From: Naegleria gruberi
Taxonomy: Eukaryota
DNA length: 3,082 nucleotides
NCBI GenBank assembly: GCA_000004985.1
Contig: GG739165.1
Reading direction: 5' to 3' (one strand)
Shown here: in pieces, positions 1-3,082 of the stretch
How the letters are laid out: the number at the start of each line of letters is the position of its first letter
Numbering within the stretch: the stretch's first letter is position 1
The notes under the pieces: generated by a model
The model's database searches: none
What the model was told of the DNA's origin: nothing
Seen by the model: the letters and a program-made list of their open reading frames with translations, nothing else
Made by a program: the position numbers and the translations under genes

Positions 1-31
1 CTTCATCTTCTTCATCCTCATCTTTATCTAA

Positions 32-76
32 TAATAATTCTAATAATTCTAATAATTCTAATAATTCTAATAATTC
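32..76. repeat. Perfect 9-bp tandem repeat (TAATAATTC)x5 with partial flanking copies at 29-31 and 77-84.
   Basis: Read directly. It lies inside a 110-nt stretch (1-110) with no G on the + strand. Confidence 0.9.
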
Positions 77-111
77 TAATTTTAATAATAATTTTAATAA
101 ATTAAAAATAG

Positions 112-1095
112 GATTTATAGGTACAGGTGCAATGAATGGAGCAATAATTTATGGATTAATAAAATCCAAAATAATTAAATCTGAACAAATATATGGATAT
201 GATGCATCTGATAAAATATTAAATGAATGTGTTAAAAAGAATGAAATACAAAAATGTCAATCATCAAATGAATTAATACAAAAATGTCAAGTAATTATTT
301 TAGGAGTTAAACCACAATATTTAAATCAAGTTATTAATCAAATTAATAATTCTTTAATTCAAGTTATTAAAGAAAAGAGAGAAATATTATTAATTAGTAT
401 TGCTGCTGGATTTAAATTAACTACCATTTATGAACAATTAAATCAAAATTTAAAAAATTATTTATTAGAAAATGAAAATTTAACAAAATATATTAAATTA
501 TCACGTGTAATGCCAAATATTAATTGTATGATAAGTGAAAGTGCAAGTGGATATATTATGCATCCATTAAATAATAATGATTTTAAATTTAAACAAATTG
601 TTGAAATTATATTTTCTAAAATTGGAAAATGTGTATTTTTAACTGATGAAAATTATTTAGATTGTGTTACTGGATTAAGTGGAAGTGGTCCTGCTTTTGT
701 TTTCATGTTTATTGAAGCATTAGCAGATGGTGGTGTTTTTACTGGTTTATCAAGAGAAACTTCTCTAATTTTGGCAACTCAAACTGTTTTAGGTCTGCAA
801 AATTATTATTACAATCTTTAACTACTACTGATGGTAATAGTAATAATAATAATAATAATAATAATAGTGGTGGTAATAATAGTGGTGGTAATAATAATAA
901 TAATAATAATAACGGTGGATAAATGTACATCCAGCACAATTAAAAGATCAAGTCATGTCACCAAATGGTACAACTGCTAGAGGTGTTAAAACATTAGAAG
1001 ATGGTAATTTTAGATCAACTGTTATGAATGCTGTTATTAATGCTTTTAATAGATCTGTTGAATTAGGTAATCCAATTAAAAATAGTAAATTATAA
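112..1095 (+). CDS. Pyrroline-5-carboxylate reductase (P5CR/ProC family). It is 5'-partial within the window. The reading frame is disrupted twice: frame 0 covers 112-794, frame 2 covers 794-919, and frame 1 covers about 922-1095, with stop TAA at 1093-1095.
   Basis: Frame 0, read from 99, gives KLKIGFIGTGAMNGAII, a Rossmann G-x-G-type motif like E. coli ProC KIGFIGCGNMGKAI. Further conserved P5CR blocks follow: VIILGVKPQ, LISIAAG, RVMPN, GLSGSGPAFVFMFIEALADGGV and TGLSRETS..LATQTVLG. Frame 2 then gives SAKLLLQS, matching the conserved GAAKM(V/L)L block. Frame 1 gives HPAQLKDQVMSPNGTTARGVKTLEDGNFRSTVMNAVINAFNRSVELGNP, matching the conserved C-terminus HPGxLKDxVxSPGGTTIxGLxxLEExGFR...A..RSxEL. 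Frame 0 has a stop at 96-98 and no ATG between 99 and 131, so the true start lies in an exon not identified here. An acceptor-like TAG|GA sits at 109-111. Confidence 0.8.
794..919 (+). repeat. Asn/Gly/Ser-rich low-complexity coding insert, (AAT)n interspersed with AGT GGT GGT. In frame 2 it reads SAKLLLQSLTTTDGNSNNNNNNNNSGGNNSGGNNNNNNNNGG.
   Basis: Direct translation in frame 2. Homopolymeric Asn tracts inside conserved enzymes are typical of Dictyostelium proteins. The antisense strand gives a spurious poly-Leu/Pro ORF at 739..939 (-). Confidence 0.7.
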
Positions 1096-1101
1096 ATTAA
1101 T

Positions 1102-1107
1102 AATAAA
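1102..1107 (+). terminator. AATAAA polyadenylation-signal candidate for the P5CR-like gene, 7 nt after the stop. A second copy sits at 1161-1166.
   Basis: Hexamer seen in sequence. Function inferred from eukaryotic 3'-end processing. Confidence 0.4.
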
Positions 1108-1109
1108 TT

Positions 1110-1151
1110 AATCTATTAAAATTATAAAAATAAAATAATCTATTAAAATTA
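1110..1151. repeat. 15-bp direct repeat AATCTATTAAAATTA x2, at 1110-1124 and 1137-1151, in the 83-bp inter-stop region of the convergent gene pair.
   Basis: Read directly. It contains one of the few C residues in this A+T stretch. Confidence 0.8.
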
Positions 1152-1174
1152 AATTATAATAATAAATATTATTG

Positions 1175-1180
1175 TTTATT
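1175..1180 (-). terminator. AATAAA on the - strand, overlapping the TAA stop of the OGC-like gene (TAATAAAC).
   Basis: Hexamer seen in sequence. Confidence 0.35.
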
Positions 1181-1760
1181 AATGACCAAAATGATTTTTA
1201 AATTGTTCTAAAAATAAGAAAGTGAAAATAGTTTGTGGACCTAATCTGAAAAAGTAAGGCCAAAAACCCTTCCATAAACTAAATAAACCTTCATGTTTAA
1301 TAGTTTTTGTAATAACATCAATACTACCAGTATATTGTATTGAATTTGATGATTTTTGCATTGATTGTAATCTAGTTTTAGCCAAATCAACAGGAATAGA
1401 AACAACAGTACAAACATAACCAGCAATTAAAGAAGCACTTATATGTAATAATAAACCATCATTAGCAATTAATTGACTTGATAATAATGATTGTTTAGCT
1501 TGTGCATAAACACCTAATTGTGCTGCATTTAATACAATTGCTCTAATGACAGTTGGACTACATCCTCTCCATAAATTTAATATTCCTTCATTTTTACTAA
1601 TTTTATATAATGCATCAAATATATTTGAATAATTATATCTACCACTTGTCATTCTAATTAATGATAAATCTGCTGGTGTACCTACTATAGCTCCTATACC
1701 ACCTGCTATCATACCACATCCTAATTTAGTTGCAAAATTAGGTTGTGATTTATTATTTTT
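1179..1760 (-). CDS. OGC-like carrier, exon 4: KNNKSQPNFATKLGCGMIAGG...EQFKNHFGH*.
   Basis: Acceptor is aatAG|AAA at 1762-1761, phase 0. The frame is open and continuous with the listed 177-aa ORF. Stop TAA is at 1181-1179. Confidence 0.8.
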   Translation of the reverse strand, partial: KNNKSQPNFATKLGCGMIAGGIGAIVGTPADLSLIRMTSGRYNYSNIFDALYKISKNEGILNLWRGCSPTVIRAIVLNAAQLGVYAQAKQSLLSSQLIANDGLLLHISASLIAGYVCTVVSIPVDLAKTRLQSMQKSSNSIQYTGSIDVITKTIKHEGLFSLWKGFWPYFFRLGPQTIFTFLFLEQFKNHFGH

Positions 1761-2446
1761 CTATTATTATTTTTAATTATATTATTATATTTAATTATAT
1801 TTTTAATTTTTAATTATTTTATATAATTAATTAATTATTAATTTAAAAAAATACAAACATTTGATAAAAAATCCATTAAAGTATTAAAAACACCTAATCT
1901 AGTAGTAGTATAAGTAACTTGTCTAAATAAAGCAGCAGATAAACCTTTATAAAAAGTAGAAATTCCTTCATTCTTTGCAATACTAGTTGCAACTTGAACA
2001 AAATTAGAAGATCCTTTACCTTGACCTTCTCCTAATAATTGCATACGTGTTTTTAAGAAATCTGTTGGTCTATTATTATTATTACAATAATATTATGTAT
2101 AATATATTATTAATATATTATGTATTATTAAAATGATGATGAAATATTGTAAATACATTGTATAATAATATTATCATTACATACTGAATAATAACAGTTG
2201 CTAAACATCCTGATAATCCACCAAATAAAAAGTTTTGTCCTGTTGTTAATTGTTTTTCTATATATTATTAGTTATTAGTTAAATATTAATAATAATAGAT
2301 AGTATTGATATTGATGAAGAGTGATATTAATTAATCATCGGATAAAGATGATTATTAATGAGAGTAAAGATGAATAGTCATGATTAATAATGGCATTAAA
2401 TTCTTTCAAATTGACCATCAATTATCTTGTACATACCTTGAGGCAT
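1179..2446 (-). CDS. Mitochondrial carrier family protein, closest to 2-oxoglutarate/malate carrier (SLC25A11/OGC-like). Gene span is join(2437..2446, 2185..2257, 1859..2069, 1179..1760) on the - strand, about 291 aa.
   Basis: The spliced translation is MPQ|E|KQLTTGQNFLFGGLSGCLATVIIQ|PTDFLKTRMQLLGEGQGKG...YTTTRLGVFNTLMDFLSN|KNNKSQPNFATKLGCGMIAGGIGAIVGTPADLSLIRMTSGRY...LWRGCSPTVIRAIVLNAAQLGVYAQAKQ...IPVDLAKTRLQSM...FSLWKGFWPYFFRLGPQTIFTFLFLEQFKNHFGH. Three Mito_carr signature repeats are present: P-x-D-x-x-K-x-R; TPADLSLIRM; PVDLAKTRLQ. Long collinear similarity to mammalian OGC includes FLFGGLAG, RMQLSGEG, LRQATYTTTRLG, GTPAEVALIRMTADGR, LWRGC.PT..RAVVVNAAQL, MPVDIAKTRIQNM and FSLWKGFTPYYARLGPHTVLTFIFLEQ. 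From memory, the D. discoideum OGC orthologue may be annotated ucpC, but I cannot verify that here. Confidence 0.85.
1761..1858 (-). other. Intron 3 of the OGC-like gene, 98 nt, GTTTGT...TAG.
   Basis: 98 nt of about 95% A+T. Removing it joins ...DFLSN to KNNKSQPNFATKLGCGM... at a spacing that fits OGC. Confidence 0.75.
1859..2069 (-). CDS. OGC-like carrier, exon 3: (Q)PTDFLKTRMQLLGEGQGKGSSNFVQVATSIAKNEGISTFYKGLSAALFRQVTYTTTRLGVFNTLMDFLSN.
   Basis: Acceptor is aataatAG|A at 2071-2070. The split codon CA+A gives Gln, in frame with PTDFLKTRMQ, the first carrier signature. Donor is AAT|GTTTGT at 1858-1853. The ORF-track tail VCIFLN* is intron read-through. Confidence 0.75.
2070..2184 (-). other. 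Intron 2 of the OGC-like gene, 115 nt, GTATGT...TAG.
   Basis: Almost pure A+T. Required to join conserved ATVIIQ to PTDFLKTRMQ in frame. Confidence 0.75.
2185..2257 (-). CDS. OGC-like carrier, exon 2: (E)KQLTTGQNFLFGGLSGCLATVIIQ, last codon split.
   Basis: Acceptor is tatatAG|AA at 2259-2258 on the - strand. Donor is CA|GTATGT at 2184-2179. The FLFGGLSGCLATV block aligns with OGC FLFGGLAGMGATV. An alternative in-phase acceptor acaacAG|GA, with exon start at 2239, would give MPQGQNFLFGG. Confidence 0.65.
2258..2436 (-). other. Intron 1 of the OGC-like gene, 179 nt, GTATGT...TAG.
   Basis: Canonical donor and acceptor. The intron is A+T-rich but holds a less AT-rich core containing a CG dinucleotide, on the + strand at 2331-2400. 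Confidence 0.55.
2437..2446 (-). CDS. OGC-like carrier, exon 1 coding part: ATG CCT CAA G.
   Basis: The - strand reads gtgaatgaaaaaaATGCCTCAAG|GTATGTACAAG. The start context is A-rich and a consensus GTATGT donor follows immediately. The trailing G completes codon GAA (Glu) with the first two bases of exon 2. Confidence 0.6.
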
Positions 2447-2794
2447 TTTTTTCATTCACTGCAACAAATAAATAAAGGCTTTATTAATGTTTGATCAATT
2501 GTCTCAATTTGTAGTATGGACATTGTATCAGCGGACCGAAATAATTTAATCAGTGCTTGCGTTGAGTTTTTATGTAATATTAAGCTAAACTATTCTCATT
2601 TATTTTCATAATTTACCCTTGAATAAATATGATGATGAATATTGTTCCATCTAAATATGGAAACAGTAATAGTATTTTTTAGACTACCACCCAATAAAAT
2701 ATTTTAAGCCAGCAATCAACCACCAACAATAACCCTCAATATTTTCAGAGTAATAGCCTTATTATTATTATTAATAAAATCATCGGTTAAAAAA
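2447..2794. promoter_or_regulatory. Divergent intergenic/promoter region between the OGC-like gene (-) and the 2795 ORF (+).
   Basis: Both flanking start codons face outward. The region includes C/G-containing blocks unusual for dictyostelid intergenic DNA at 2528-2566, a CA-rich tract at 2683-2740, and a T5 run at 2567-2571. Confidence 0.5.
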
Positions 2795-3064
2795 ATGCTG
2801 TTACAGCACAATGTTATGTCTCTTAAACAACAATTGGTAGTAGGCATACATAAGGGTTGTTCTTCAAAAATCAACACCGCCATCAACAATACTCTAAGAA
2901 AATCCTTAATTTTATTATTCTTTACAGTATTAATAGTAGTAACATTAGTAATATCATCATCTTTTATTGAAGGTAAAAAAGATGAATTATCAACTGAAGA
3001 TGTTTCTTTTATTAATTCAATGATTGATCAAGCAATGTCCTCATCTGATATACTTTTATATTGA
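2795..3064 (+). CDS. Hypothetical 89-aa protein with one predicted transmembrane helix (LILLFFTVLIVVTLVISSSF). No family recognised.
   Basis: Open frame with an aaaaaaATG start context. Codons 36-89 show Dictyostelium-typical A/T third-position usage. Codons 1-35 are atypical, with CTG, CAG CAC, GGC, and ATC AAC ACC GCC ATC AAC. It ends with a rare TGA followed by TAA TAG. The window ends 18 nt later, so downstream exons cannot be excluded. Confidence 0.35.
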   Translation: MLLQHNVMSLKQQLVVGIHKGCSSKINTAINNTLRKSLILLFFTVLIVVTLVISSSFIEGKKDELSTEDVSFINSMIDQAMSSSDILLY

Positions 3065-3082
3065 TAATAGTAATAATAATTT

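Noticed and set aside
793-934. Interpreting the P5CR frame break as an intron (ag|GTCTGC ... tccAG|ca), which is also phase-compatible.
   Set aside because: GTCTGC is far from the dictyostelid donor consensus. The segment is not intron-like, being GGT-rich with only moderate A+T. Splicing it would remove the conserved GAAKMLL-equivalent block that is plainly encoded in frame 2.
739-939. The 66-aa ORF on the - strand rich in Leu/Pro (LLLLLLLLPPLLL...).
   Set aside because: It is just the antisense reading of the (AAT)n / GGT GGT coding repeat of the P5CR-like gene. TTA/ATT repeats read backwards give poly-Leu. It has no start context and no conservation.
1241-1426. The 61-aa - strand ORF MLVMFVLLFLFLLIWLK...
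   Set aside because: It lies out of frame inside exon 4 of the carrier gene, whose own frame carries unmistakable Mito_carr motifs. It is a hydrophobic artefact of the AT-rich alternative frame.
1838-2044. The C-terminal tail of the listed 68-aa ORF, ...SNVCIFLN*, as real protein.
   Set aside because: The tail is read-through into intron 3 beyond the AAT|GTTTGT donor. The conserved carrier sequence resumes in exon 4 after a 98-nt, roughly 95% A+T intron.
2131-2190. Box C/D snoRNA-like pair on the + strand inside intron 2: TGATGA at about 2134 and CTGA at about 2183.
   Set aside because: The orientation is opposite to the host gene. The putative D box overlaps the exon boundary. There is no terminal stem or D'/C' boxes. 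Short AT-rich motifs like these arise by chance.
2500-2580. tRNA or other canonical small RNA in the C/G-containing island.
   Set aside because: No cloverleaf can be drawn. No T-loop GGTTCGAATCC-like or A-box/B-box motifs occur on either strand. It is kept only as an unexplained compositional anomaly.
1-3082. A prokaryotic-style novel system such as a defence island, CRISPR array, toxin-antitoxin pair or mobile element.
   Set aside because: Composition, spliceosomal introns with GTATGT/TAG boundaries, AATAAA signals, and homologues of a eukaryotic mitochondrial carrier and P5CR all indicate nuclear DNA of an AT-rich protist. No direct-repeat/spacer array, transposase, integrase or inverted terminal repeats were seen.

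Overview
This 3,082-bp window is about 78% A+T, with long (AAT)n and TAATAATTC tracts and short introns bounded by GTATGT...TAG. That is the signature of a dictyostelid social-amoeba (Dictyostelium-like) nuclear genome, not a prokaryotic locus. I found no CRISPR, phage, toxin-antitoxin or defence-island signal, so the premise of an undescribed system is not supported. The window holds three protein-coding genes. (1) A pyrroline-5-carboxylate reductase (P5CR/ProC-like) gene lies on the + strand from about 112 to 1095. Its conserved N-terminal dinucleotide-binding motif lies upstream of the first in-frame ATG, so an upstream exon is missing from the window. Its reading frame changes twice, from frame 0 to frame 2 to frame 1, around an Asn/Gly-rich low-complexity insert at 794-922. 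(2) A convergent, four-exon mitochondrial 2-oxoglutarate/malate carrier-like gene (SLC25A11/OGC-like, three Mito_carr repeats) lies on the - strand at 1179..2446. I rebuilt its model by hand, including a 10-nt first coding exon. (3) A weakly supported 89-aa single-pass membrane ORF lies on the + strand at 2795..3064. The most interesting non-coding area is the 348-bp divergent intergenic region at 2447-2794. It is compositionally unusual for this genome and contains DUSE-like motifs and a TTACAGCA motif that I remember as typical of dictyostelid ncRNA genes. I flag these as speculative. Family assignments rest on conserved motifs read directly from the translations. No database search was possible.
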